Shown here one piece after another: positions 24,259-31,741 of a stretch of DNA of 32,000 nt. Made by a program: the position numbers and the translations under genes. A model generated the notes under the pieces. The model worked only from the letters and a program-made list of their open reading frames with translations, was not told where the DNA came from and searched no databases. This DNA is from Nitrosomonas europaea. Its GTDB lineage: Bacteria > Pseudomonadota > Gammaproteobacteria > Burkholderiales > Nitrosomonadaceae. Location: NCBI RefSeq assembly GCF_900167395.1, contig NZ_FUWK01000014.1, positions 1-32,000 on the forward strand. The letters run 5' to 3'. Every line of letters starts with the position of its first letter. Position 1 is the first letter of the stretch.

Positions 24259-27200
24259 AACTGATCATCTGGTTTGTCAAGAATCCGGTGGCCGCCAATC
24301 TGCTGATGATCCTGATCATCGTCGGTGGAATCGTGGGATTGATCACTGCAGACCGTTATGTCTATCCGCCGGAGCCGCGTCACCAGCTCCAGATCACTAC
24401 CATTTACGACGGGGCAGGGCCAGGTGAAGTCGAGCAGGCGATCTGTATCCCGATCGAACATGCAGTCCACGATCTGCAGGGAGTCAGGCATCTGCACGCC
24501 GAAGCAAAGCAGTCGCTTTGCCGTGTGCTGGTGGAGTTTGATCCGGCTGTCGATGCCACCCGGCTGCAGGCGGAAGTTCAGGCACGTCTGGAAGCCGTGA
24601 CAGTGTTTCCCGAGGATGCAGATAAACCGGTGATCCGTGAATTGAAAACAGGCCCGCAGGCGATCATTGCCACAGTACGCGGTATGGCTGATCTGCGTAC
24701 GTTACAGCATTACCGTGATCGATTGCATATTCGGTTGAGCACTCATCCGGATATCGGTCAAATTCTGCTCTTTCCGGAAATACCGTATGAAGTATCAATC
24801 GAGATCACCAGAGAAGATTTACGGCGCTACGGCTTCAGCTTCGATGAAATTGCTGAAATGATTCGTGCTGTTTCCGGCAATATCTCAGCAGGGGAATTAA
24901 AGAATACCGATGGCAGGTTATTGATCAGAAGCCAGGCACAGGCCATGACGGCAGAGGATTTTGCTGCCATCCGCCTGCGATCGGACCGGCAGGGCATGCA
25001 ACTGAAACTTGGCGATATCGCACATATCACTGAGACCGTACGTGACCAGAGCATGCTGGTCAGATCGGATGGTCTGCCGGCAATGGAAATCCTGATCTGG
25101 CCACGAAACCAGCTGGGGAAAACGGTAGATGCGGTAAATCAGGTCATTACCGCATTTCACTCCGAACTGCCCGCCGACGTCGAAGTGATTACCTGGGACG
25201 ACTGGTCCAAGTATTACGATGAGAATATGTCGATGCTGAGAGGCAACGCCATCTCCGGCTTCATCCTGATATTCGTCGTACTGGCACTGGTTCTGGATAT
25301 GCGATTGGCGTTATGGGTCAGTGCAGGCATTCTGATTTCGGTTTTCGGTGCCTTCTGGTGGATACCGATTCTGGGTATTTCCCTGAATGTCTACACCATT
25401 ACCGCGTTGATTCTGATTCTGAGTGTGGTGGTGGATGATGCCATCATCGTTGGTGAGCATATCTATCTGCTTCAACAGCGGGGTCAGTCTGGTATATCCG
25501 GTGCCATCGGTGGTGTACGCGCGATGGCACCGCTGGTTGTGCCCATGGTATTGACTACCGTGATTGCATTTACGCCGGGATTGCTGCTGCCGGGGTTGAC
25601 CGGACATCTGCTGTACAACATTTCTGCAGTGGCGATCCTGGCGCTGCTGTTTTCCATGACGGAAACACTGCTGATTCTGCCTGCCCACCTGGCCGGGCAG
25701 AGTCCAAAGGATCCAGACGCTGCAACCGGGATCATGCCTCATTTTCTGAGATATGCGATGGCAACGCTCAAGGAGCAGGTGGATAACGGATTGCGCTGGT
25801 TGACCGGATGTTATACGCGCGCTTTGCACCTTGCACTGCAGTGGCGTTATATCGTGATCGCCGGCTTTACGGCAGCATTACTGCTGATTGCTGCGCTGGT
25901 CATATCAGGGCGCATCACCACTGTGCTGGACAGATCGGTGGATGATTACTATCTGGTGGGCATGCTCAAATTTCCAGCTGGTACCGCATTTGAAGAAGTT
26001 GACCGCCAGTTGTTTCGGCTGGGGCATATCGCTCATGAAATCCGGGCTGAGCTGAATCAGAAATATTATTGTGATGATTCTGCTGAGAACGGTGACAGTG
26101 TTCGTCATGTGCTGATGTTCAGTAATGATAATGTAGCGGTGGTTAACCTTGAAATGGCTATCGATGACCGTATTCGCGACCAAGTGGACGATATCAAACA
26201 GCAGTGGCGGGAACGTTTTGGCCCGTTGCCGGCGGGTACGACGTTGACCCTCCAGAGTTTCTGGCCACGTGATCTCGGTGTGTCGACAGAGGGGCCACCC
26301 AAGGCGATCGAATGGGTACTGACTGCGCCGGATACCGCTGTGCAAAATGCAGCCGGGGAGATACTGAAGCATAAGCTGGCTGCCTATGCCGGGGTGCACA
26401 GTGTCACCAGCTCGATGCAGCCCGGCAAACCTGAGCTGCATCTCGAACTGAAACCTGCCGCTGCCTTCTACGGCCTGACGATGCGTGACCTGAGTGAACA
26501 GGTACGACATGGCTTTTTCGGGCTCGAAGTGCAGCGGTACTATCACGAACACGATGAAATCCGTGTCATGCTGCGTTTCCCGCAGGAAGACCGGCAAGCA
26601 CTGGAGCAGCTGCAGAATATGCCGATCAGATTACCTGGCGGGAACAGCGTACCGTTTGGCACAATTGCCCGGGCGGAATATCAGTCCGGGTTCGCCAGTA
26701 TTCAACGCACTGATCGGGAACGTATTCAACTGATTGGCGCGGAAGTCTATCAGGATCAGGTGGATGTCGAATCCATCCTGGCCGATATGCGTGTGCATGT
26801 GATCCCGCAACTGAAAGCGCAATTTCCCGGGCTGGACATCAAGCCAGGCGAATCCCGGCAGAAACAGGAAGAAGTGATGTCGGATCTGTGGCTGTACGGA
26901 GTCCTGGCACTGTTTGGAATGTATGCGTTGCTTGCGATCCCGTTGCGTTCCTATGCCCAGCCATTGATCATCATGCTGACTGTTCCTTTTGGTTTCATCG
27001 GAGCAGTGGTCGGTCATTTGCTGTTTCGGATTCCACTTTCACTGGAGTCGTACTTTGCACTGTTTGCCGTGAGCGGGATTGTCATCAATGACAGTCTGGT
27101 TCTGATTGCACAGATCAATAAAAATCTGCAACAGAAAATATCTGTCATAAGAGCTGCGGTGGCAGCAGGTAAATCACGTTTCCGCGCCATATTGCTGATG

Positions 27201-27377
27201 AATGTCACGACCCTTGCAGGCTTGTTACCCCAGCTCAGTTCACAGGGTTACGATGCGGAAAAAATCATGCCGATGGCTGTCACCATTGCGTTTGGCATGC
27301 TCTTCACGTTTTTCGTCACACTGTTTCTGGTACCGGCCGTGTGTGTCGTATTCAACAAAAATATCCAAAGCGGTTAG
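24255..27377 (+). CDS. RND efflux permease (AcrB/AcrD/AcrF superfamily, 12 TM)
   Basis: 1040 aa. N-terminus is MKLIIWFVKNPVAANLLMILIIVGG. The TM4 motif ILSVVVDDAIIVGEH carries the Asp-Asp proton-relay pair of hydrophobe/amphiphile-type pumps. Two large periplasmic loops are present. Confidence 0.92.
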   Translation: MKLIIWFVKNPVAANLLMILIIVGGIVGLITADRYVYPPEPRHQLQITTIYDGAGPGEVEQAICIPIEHAVHDLQGVRHLHAEAKQSLCRVLVEFDPAVDATRLQAEVQARLEAVTVFPEDADKPVIRELKTGPQAIIATVRGMADLRTLQHYRDRLHIRLSTHPDIGQILLFPEIPYEVSIEITREDLRRYGFSFDEIAEMIRAVSGNISAGELKNTDGRLLIRSQAQAMTAEDFAAIRLRSDRQGMQLKLGDIAHITETVRDQSMLVRSDGLPAMEILIWPRNQLGKTVDAVNQVITAFHSELPADVEVITWDDWSKYYDENMSMLRGNAISGFILIFVVLALVLDMRLALWVSAGILISVFGAFWWIPILGISLNVYTITALILILSVVVDDAIIVGEHIYLLQQRGQSGISGAIGGVRAMAPLVVPMVLTTVIAFTPGLLLPGLTGHLLYNISAVAILALLFSMTETLLILPAHLAGQSPKDPDAATGIMPHFLRYAMATLKEQVDNGLRWLTGCYTRALHLALQWRYIVIAGFTAALLLIAALVISGRITTVLDRSVDDYYLVGMLKFPAGTAFEEVDRQLFRLGHIAHEIRAELNQKYYCDDSAENGDSVRHVLMFSNDNVAVVNLEMAIDDRIRDQVDDIKQQWRERFGPLPAGTTLTLQSFWPRDLGVSTEGPPKAIEWVLTAPDTAVQNAAGEILKHKLAAYAGVHSVTSSMQPGKPELHLELKPAAAFYGLTMRDLSEQVRHGFFGLEVQRYYHEHDEIRVMLRFPQEDRQALEQLQNMPIRLPGGNSVPFGTIARAEYQSGFASIQRTDRERIQLIGAEVYQDQVDVESILADMRVHVIPQLKAQFPGLDIKPGESRQKQEEVMSDLWLYGVLALFGMYALLAIPLRSYAQPLIIMLTVPFGFIGAVVGHLLFRIPLSLESYFALFAVSGIVINDSLVLIAQINKNLQQKISVIRAAVAAGKSRFRAILLMNVTTLAGLLPQLSSQGYDAEKIMPMAVTIAFGMLFTFFVTLFLVPAVCVVFNKNIQSG

Positions 27378-27465
27378 GGAGCCCTGAAAGGGCGAATCGA
27401 TCCGGGCTGCTATTTCCTGCCATGATGAGGTTCCTCAAGCATTTCGTAACCGCCGGACTTCCGGG

Positions 27466-27511
27466 TGCGACAATTTGTCACATTTTTCGGTCCGGAGAAA
27501 GACAGTATGAT
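27466..27511 (+). promoter_or_regulatory. Operator-promoter module, copy 2, upstream of FecI-like sigma gene 2
   Basis: TGCGACAATTTGTCACA (27466-27482, one change from copy 1). It is followed by TTTTTC, a 17-nt spacer and TATGAT (27506-27511), the same offsets as copy 1. Confidence 0.6.
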
Positions 27512-27546
27512 GAGCGCAGTTTTTAGCCAGGTATGCCCTACTGTTC

Positions 27547-28047
27547 ATGACAATTACCTATTCCGGCGATGAACTGTTTCTTCAACTGCGCGGTGATCTG
27601 CTGAATTATCTGTGTCGCAAGCTGAGCAAAGATGAAGCAGCCGATATACTTCAGGAAATCTATCTGCGATGGCGCAGGCAGGATATCTCGAGTATCGAAA
27701 ACCCGCGCGCCTTCCTGTTTACCGTTGCGCTCAATCTGATCCGGGATCAGGCACGCCGGCAGGCGCATGTGCAAACCTACGCCAATACCATGCAACACCT
27801 GTTTCAGGATAAACCTGCGGACTATGATCTGGCACAGCATTGTGACGAACGCAGACAAATAGAATATCTGCAGCAGGCTCTGGATCAGTTGCCGGAAAAT
27901 GTACGCCATGCTTTTCTTCTTTTTCGCCTCGATGGTTTGACATTTGCTGAAATCGCACTGCAGATGGGTATTTCAAGCAAATCCGTGGCACGCTACATTC
28001 AGCACGCCAGCGAGCACTGCCTGACTGCTCTTGCGCAATATCGGTGA
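27547..28047 (+). CDS. fecI: ECF sigma factor, FecI-like (second copy)
   Basis: 166 aa. Region 2 is DEAADILQEIYLRWRR...PRAFLFTVALNLIRDQARR; the region 4 HTH is LTFAEIALQMGISSKSVARYIQHA. Confidence 0.88.
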   Translation: MTITYSGDELFLQLRGDLLNYLCRKLSKDEAADILQEIYLRWRRQDISSIENPRAFLFTVALNLIRDQARRQAHVQTYANTMQHLFQDKPADYDLAQHCDERRQIEYLQQALDQLPENVRHAFLLFRLDGLTFAEIALQMGISSKSVARYIQHASEHCLTALAQYR

Positions 28048-28115
28048 TAATACTCTACTGATCATTTCGATCCTGTGAAGTAATCAGCATTTATCAAAAT
28101 GCTCCGGAGTGCAGT

Positions 28116-29099
28116 ATGCACCTATCAAACAGTCCGAATTCGCATGACCCTGATGCACAGGCACGATTCTGGTTCGCACGGCAGCAGGGTCAGACTTTGT
28201 CGGAAGCGGAACAGCAGCAACTGGCTGAATGGCTGGCTGCCAATCCACTGCATCAGGATGCCTGGCGGCGTGTGGAGGAGGACTGGCTGGCAATCGACCG
28301 TTATCGTCATGCACTGAATGATGAGTTGAAAAAGGCACGCCGTAACCGTCCCGGACAGCATAAAGCGGCCTTTCAACTTAAACGACGGGCGGCAGCTGCA
28401 GCTCTGTTGGTGGCAGTATGCATTCCTGTGCTGTATCAGGGCATGACCGGAACGACAACATACTGGAACACCTTGAAAGGTGAACAGCAGCAGATCACCC
28501 TGGCCGGTGGCTCCACTCTGAATCTGGATACTGCAACGCGTATCACTGTCACGCAGAACTGGTTCACACATCATGTCCAGCTGCATGAAGGTGAAATCTA
28601 TCTGGAGACGGCATCATCCGACTGGCATACTTTGAGAGTGAGTGCGGAGCATTACGAAATTCGTGATATCGGCACACGTTTTTCGGTCAGGTATATCCCT
28701 GATCAGTTCATGGTCGAAGTTGCTGAAGGTACGGTTGAAGTAAAAAAACAGGGACAGCTGGTGTTACTGCAAGCGGGTGAAGTACTTTCCATCATTACCG
28801 GCAGTAATGAATGGAGGCTGGCGGCACTGCCGGCAGGGGATATCGCTCACTGGCGCAAAGGTCTGCTGGTATTCAATGCACACCGGCTGCATGACGTATT
28901 ACACGAAATCGCACGCTATCATACGGTTCAATTCGATCTGGCCGATTCCGCCATTGGCGAGATACAGGTCAGCGGTCGTTTCAAGCTCGATGAGCTCGAT
29001 ACCAATCTGCAAATCATCGCCGATACACTGAAAATCAATATCGAACACCCGGCACCCGGCCGTTACAGGCTGGGTGCCTTGCGGCAATCAACACGCTGA
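28116..29099 (+). CDS. fecR: FecR-like transmembrane anti-sigma factor (second copy, no adjacent receptor)
   Basis: 327 aa. SD GGAG. N-terminal domain ARFWFARQQGQTLSEAEQQQLAEWLAANPLHQDAW, TM helix AAAALLVAVCIPVLY, a FecR domain and a C-terminal domain (LLVFNAHRLHDVLHEIARYH). Confidence 0.88.
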   Translation: MHLSNSPNSHDPDAQARFWFARQQGQTLSEAEQQQLAEWLAANPLHQDAWRRVEEDWLAIDRYRHALNDELKKARRNRPGQHKAAFQLKRRAAAAALLVAVCIPVLYQGMTGTTTYWNTLKGEQQQITLAGGSTLNLDTATRITVTQNWFTHHVQLHEGEIYLETASSDWHTLRVSAEHYEIRDIGTRFSVRYIPDQFMVEVAEGTVEVKKQGQLVLLQAGEVLSIITGSNEWRLAALPAGDIAHWRKGLLVFNAHRLHDVLHEIARYHTVQFDLADSAIGEIQVSGRFKLDELDTNLQIIADTLKINIEHPAPGRYRLGALRQSTR

Positions 29100-29210
29100 G
29101 GGACACACACGCATTCACCGAAGTATCATGCTGTGTGTGCCGTATATCGATCACGAGTCGGAAAGTAGCCGGGATTATTTACTATCAGTTCATCCCGGCC
29201 CTCGTACTTG

Positions 29211-29834
29211 TTATTTGAAATGTCTGATACGGGTATATTCTCCTTCAGTTTTGAGCGTAATCGTCATCGGGGTGGATGTCCGGTTTCGCCAGAACCACCC
29301 ATGATCACCGTCAAAAGCTGCTTCTAAGACGCCTTCCCGCATTTGTCCGGTCCCCTTGCTGTAACTATGGTAGTTGATCTTCAGTTCTTTTGAATCTCCA
29401 TGCTGATCAAAAACAGCTGTTCCACCATTAGTCCGCCAAACGTAGTGAACTTTACTTCCCTTTGTCATCGTCACCTTGATCTCAGTACCTTGATTTGGGG
29501 CAAGCGTTATCTTTTTTTCATGACTCATCTCTGATTTTGGAGCAAGCGGCAGAGATTCTGTTACTGCTGTTACCGCTTCAGATAATTCGATCTGCAGGCT
29601 GGCAGCCGCATTCGCCCGATCTGCAGTTGCTTCTTCTGTCAGAGAAACTTTGATTTCTCCCATTCTTTTCAGACCGGTGATTTCACCGAAACCGGTTGGA
29701 TCGATACCGTATTCCGCAGGCATTACAACAGTGACGAGTAAAAATATCGCAGTCAGTAATGCAATGACGGTAGATCTGATCAATCTGCCGGTTGAGGGTA
29801 TCTCATGAGTTGAAGGTATGTTTGCGTTATACAT
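29211..29834 (-). CDS. Membrane-anchored periplasmic protein of unknown function (beta-rich C-terminal domain)
   Basis: 207 aa. N-terminal anchor LIRSTVIALLTAIFLLVTVVMPAEYGIDPTG. C-terminal domain: KKITLAPNQGTEIKVTMTKGSKVHYVWRTNGG...DGDHGWFWRNRT. SD AGGAAA. It starts 20 nt after the HupE/UreJ stop, so the two genes are co-transcribed. Confidence 0.6.
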   Translation of the reverse strand: MYNANIPSTHEIPSTGRLIRSTVIALLTAIFLLVTVVMPAEYGIDPTGFGEITGLKRMGEIKVSLTEEATADRANAAASLQIELSEAVTAVTESLPLAPKSEMSHEKKITLAPNQGTEIKVTMTKGSKVHYVWRTNGGTAVFDQHGDSKELKINYHSYSKGTGQMREGVLEAAFDGDHGWFWRNRTSTPMTITLKTEGEYTRIRHFK

Positions 29835-29854
29835 AATTTTTCCTGTAAGAATAA

Positions 29855-30538
29855 TCAGATAGTGCTGAATAAAATGAAATGGCCTGTAATCTGGTATCCC
29901 ATCAAGAGGAAGCCGAGCATCATCATGAATGTATTGGTGTTATAGGCGTGGTTCATGAATTTTCCGGATTTCCTCCAATATGCAATTGCGATCAGAATGG
30001 CCGCCAGTGCCAGAATTTGTCCGATCTCGACACCGATATTGAAGAAAATGAGATTTGGCAGGAGTCCATCAGCCGGTAATTCGTACTCCAGGATCTTGGT
30101 GGCAAGGCCAAAACCATGAAACAGTCCGAAGATAAAAGTGGCAATCTTTGTATCAGGCTGAAAACCAAACCAGCGCTGAAAGGCTCCCATATTGTCCAGA
30201 GATTTGTAAACGATGGAAAATCCGATGATTGCATCGATCAGATAAGGGCTGACAGCAACCTCAAACAGAACACCGGATAACAGCGTAATGACATGGCCGG
30301 CAGCGAACAGCGTGACATAAATACAGATGTCCTTCAGTCGATACAAAAAGAAAATCACACCCAGCAGAAAAAGCAGATGATCGTGACCGGTCATCATATG
30401 TTTTGCGCCGAGATAAATAAAAGGTATCGGCAATATGCCGGTACTTTCCAGGATATAGCCCTTGTCACCCTCGGTGACACCATGCGCAGTAACATCAGAA
30501 GTAACTCCAAAAATTACTGCGATAAAAAGAGCCTTCAT
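29855..30538 (-). CDS. HupE/UreJ-family metal (Ni/Co-type) transporter
   Basis: Start at ATG 30538 gives the signal peptide MKALFIAVIFGVTSDVTA, with a His at the predicted mature N-terminus. Signature HMMTGHDHLLFLLGVIFF, plus FGLFHGFGLA. Six TM helices. The track ORF from 30610 adds 24 non-signal residues. Confidence 0.8.
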   Translation of the reverse strand: MKALFIAVIFGVTSDVTAHGVTEGDKGYILESTGILPIPFIYLGAKHMMTGHDHLLFLLGVIFFLYRLKDICIYVTLFAAGHVITLLSGVLFEVAVSPYLIDAIIGFSIVYKSLDNMGAFQRWFGFQPDTKIATFIFGLFHGFGLATKILEYELPADGLLPNLIFFNIGVEIGQILALAAILIAIAYWRKSGKFMNHAYNTNTFMMMLGFLLMGYQITGHFILFSTI

Positions 30539-30573
30539 ACATAAACAAGTCAACACGCCATGCTCCACAGGAG

Positions 30574-30595
30574 ATGACATTTTCATTTCAGTCAT
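30574..30595 (-). promoter_or_regulatory. Dyad ATGAC-N12-GTCAT just upstream of the HupE/UreJ start
   Basis: The plus strand reads ATGAC (30574-30578), attttcatttca, GTCAT (30591-30595). The dyad lies 36-57 nt upstream of ATG 30538. Confidence 0.3.
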
Positions 30596-30821
30596 GCAAA
30601 TTGTCTCCATGAATTACAGTCCGTGGATCCGGAATTTCCGTAAACCGCGGCGATGGAACGGGTGCTGCAACAGTACTGGTTCTGTCAGGAATATAGCCTT
30701 TCCCCTGTCAAGTATCCGAGACAATGATTACCAGATGAAACCGGTAATACTGAGACAGGACATACAACAGACTGAAATCGCACTGGCGCTGACTGAGCCG
30801 TCAGCACACCCGATTGTGAAA

Positions 30822-31235
30822 TTAGTACCTGATTTCTAAAGAAGCGGTATTTCGAGGAGGGCGGAACGGTAAATCAAGAGTTGATTCAGGAATGCCGGCA
30901 GGAAAGAATCCGGGGATATTTTCCTTTCCCGGGAGAGATGGAATAATCGGTAGCAAGATAAAATAGAAAGGCTGAAACTGCCCGGCTGCATGCAGGATTA
31001 AATGATCTGTGAAATCCGGATCGTTATCGAGGGTTTCGTCATGATGCTGATGAAACCCTGTATCTGCTGCGTGATCATGGTACGAATGATGATGATCGAA
31101 TCTATGCGATACATGGAAATGATCAAGCTCATGTTTGAAGATTTCCTGATGGAATGACCAGGCAACTGCATTTGTCAATAAACTGACAAACAGTATCAGA
31201 AGAATAAAATTGTCGGTCATATATCTCTTGCCCAT
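30822..31235 (-). CDS. Small His-rich exported/anchored protein (putative periplasmic metal-binding accessory protein)
   Basis: From ATG 31235: MGKRYMTDNFILLILFVSLLTNAVA (signal/anchor). Then HQEIFKHELDHFHVSHRFDHHHSYHDHAADTGFHQHHDE, with 15 His in 39 residues, and a Pro-rich C-terminus ending PFRPPR. The start is uncertain (31235, 31220, or GTG 31331 in the track). Confidence 0.55.
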   Translation of the reverse strand: MGKRYMTDNFILLILFVSLLTNAVAWSFHQEIFKHELDHFHVSHRFDHHHSYHDHAADTGFHQHHDETLDNDPDFTDHLILHAAGQFQPFYFILLPIIPSLPGKENIPGFFPAGIPESTLDLPFRPPRNTASLEIRY

Positions 31236-31403
31236 GGCAGCAAAACTGTATACACACCCGATCAGATCGTCAACTTTTCTGATCTGATAAAAGGTGGTTT
31301 GATGATTGCACTGATTTTTCCTGAAAATCACACTGAAAACAGCTGACTAAATCCTGACGACAGTGGACGAAAAGTGACATAAAAACAATGGCAGGAGAAG
31401 TAG

Positions 31404-31449
31404 AAAAAAAACGCCTGTCGATTTATAAAAAGACTATAAAAGGACAGGC
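31404..31449 (-). terminator. Intrinsic terminator on the minus strand
   Basis: The minus strand reads GCCTGTC (31449-31443), an inner TTTATA/TATAAA helix, GACAGGC (31419-31413), a G, and then U8 (31411-31404). Confidence 0.7.
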
Positions 31450-31592
31450 AGAAGTAGAGGAGGGAAGCAATTACTTACCGGTGAGCACACTTTCATCCAG
31501 ACAAGATCCGAAAGAAAAACCTGCATTCTTTCTCATGAATCTATATTCATATTGCAGATATGAATCCGGATATCAGAGGTGGTACAGATAAT
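31404..31592 (-). ncRNA. Candidate ~190-nt sRNA, or attenuator leader, bounded by a promoter and a terminator
   Basis: The predicted TSS (~31592) lies 7 nt past CATAAT. There is no SD-preceded ORF; the longest minus-strand ATG ORFs are 21 and 30 codons. Alternative hairpin arms ATGAAT/ATTCATAT/ATATGAAT lie at 31535-31565. A C/U-rich stretch CUUCCCUCCUCUACUUCU (31467-31450) precedes the terminator. Confidence 0.4.
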
Positions 31593-31598
31593 GAGCCA

Positions 31599-31644
31599 AT
31601 TATGTTCTCAAACATCCTGTTTGAGAATGTGACATATTGTCGCA
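31599..31644 (-). promoter_or_regulatory. Operator-promoter module, copy 3 (minus strand)
   Basis: The minus strand reads TGCGACAATATGTCACA (31644-31628), TTCTCA (31627-31622), a 17-nt spacer and CATAAT (31604-31599). This is one mismatch to copy 2, with identical spacing. Confidence 0.55.
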
Positions 31645-31710
31645 TCGCTTATTTGGCGAGGCTTTTGGCTGAAAAGAAGTGCAAAATTCGAGTTGAAATG
31701 TATCGAGATA

Positions 31711-31741
31711 GGAACGGTCAGCTAAGCTGACCGTTCCTTTT
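31711..31741 (+). terminator. Hairpin with a short T-run and no obvious plus-strand gene
   Basis: GGAACGGTCAGC-TAA-GCTGACCGTTCC is a 12-bp perfect stem (31711-31737), followed by TTTT. Confidence 0.45.

Noticed and set aside
21406-27377. Heavy-metal CzcCBA/CusCBA-type pump, suggested by the OMF-MFP-RND gene order
   Set aside because: RND TM4 reads VVDDAIIVGEH (an Asp-Asp pair), not the DFGxxxDGAxxxVEN signature of HME-RND pumps. It is therefore classed only as a generic or divergent HAE-like pump.
30539-30821. Cobalamin or NiCo (czcD-motif) riboswitch upstream of HupE/UreJ
   Set aside because: On the minus strand I looked for the B12 box (AGYCMGGAGACCKGCC-like), the GCCACTG element, and the NiCo GGGACAG and four-way junction signatures. 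None is present. Only a covariance-model scan could exclude a divergent member.
30462-30839. 125-aa plus-strand ORF spanning the HupE start and the upstream spacer
   Set aside because: It is antisense to the HupE N-terminus and has no motifs or SD. More likely it is a chance ORF in AT-rich sequence.
31388-31591. 67-aa plus-strand ORF (MAGEVEKKRLSIYKK...)
   Set aside because: It has no SD and low-complexity K/E composition. It contains an A8 run and a strong hairpin near its 5' end. It is exactly antisense to a promoter-terminator-bounded unit on the minus strand.
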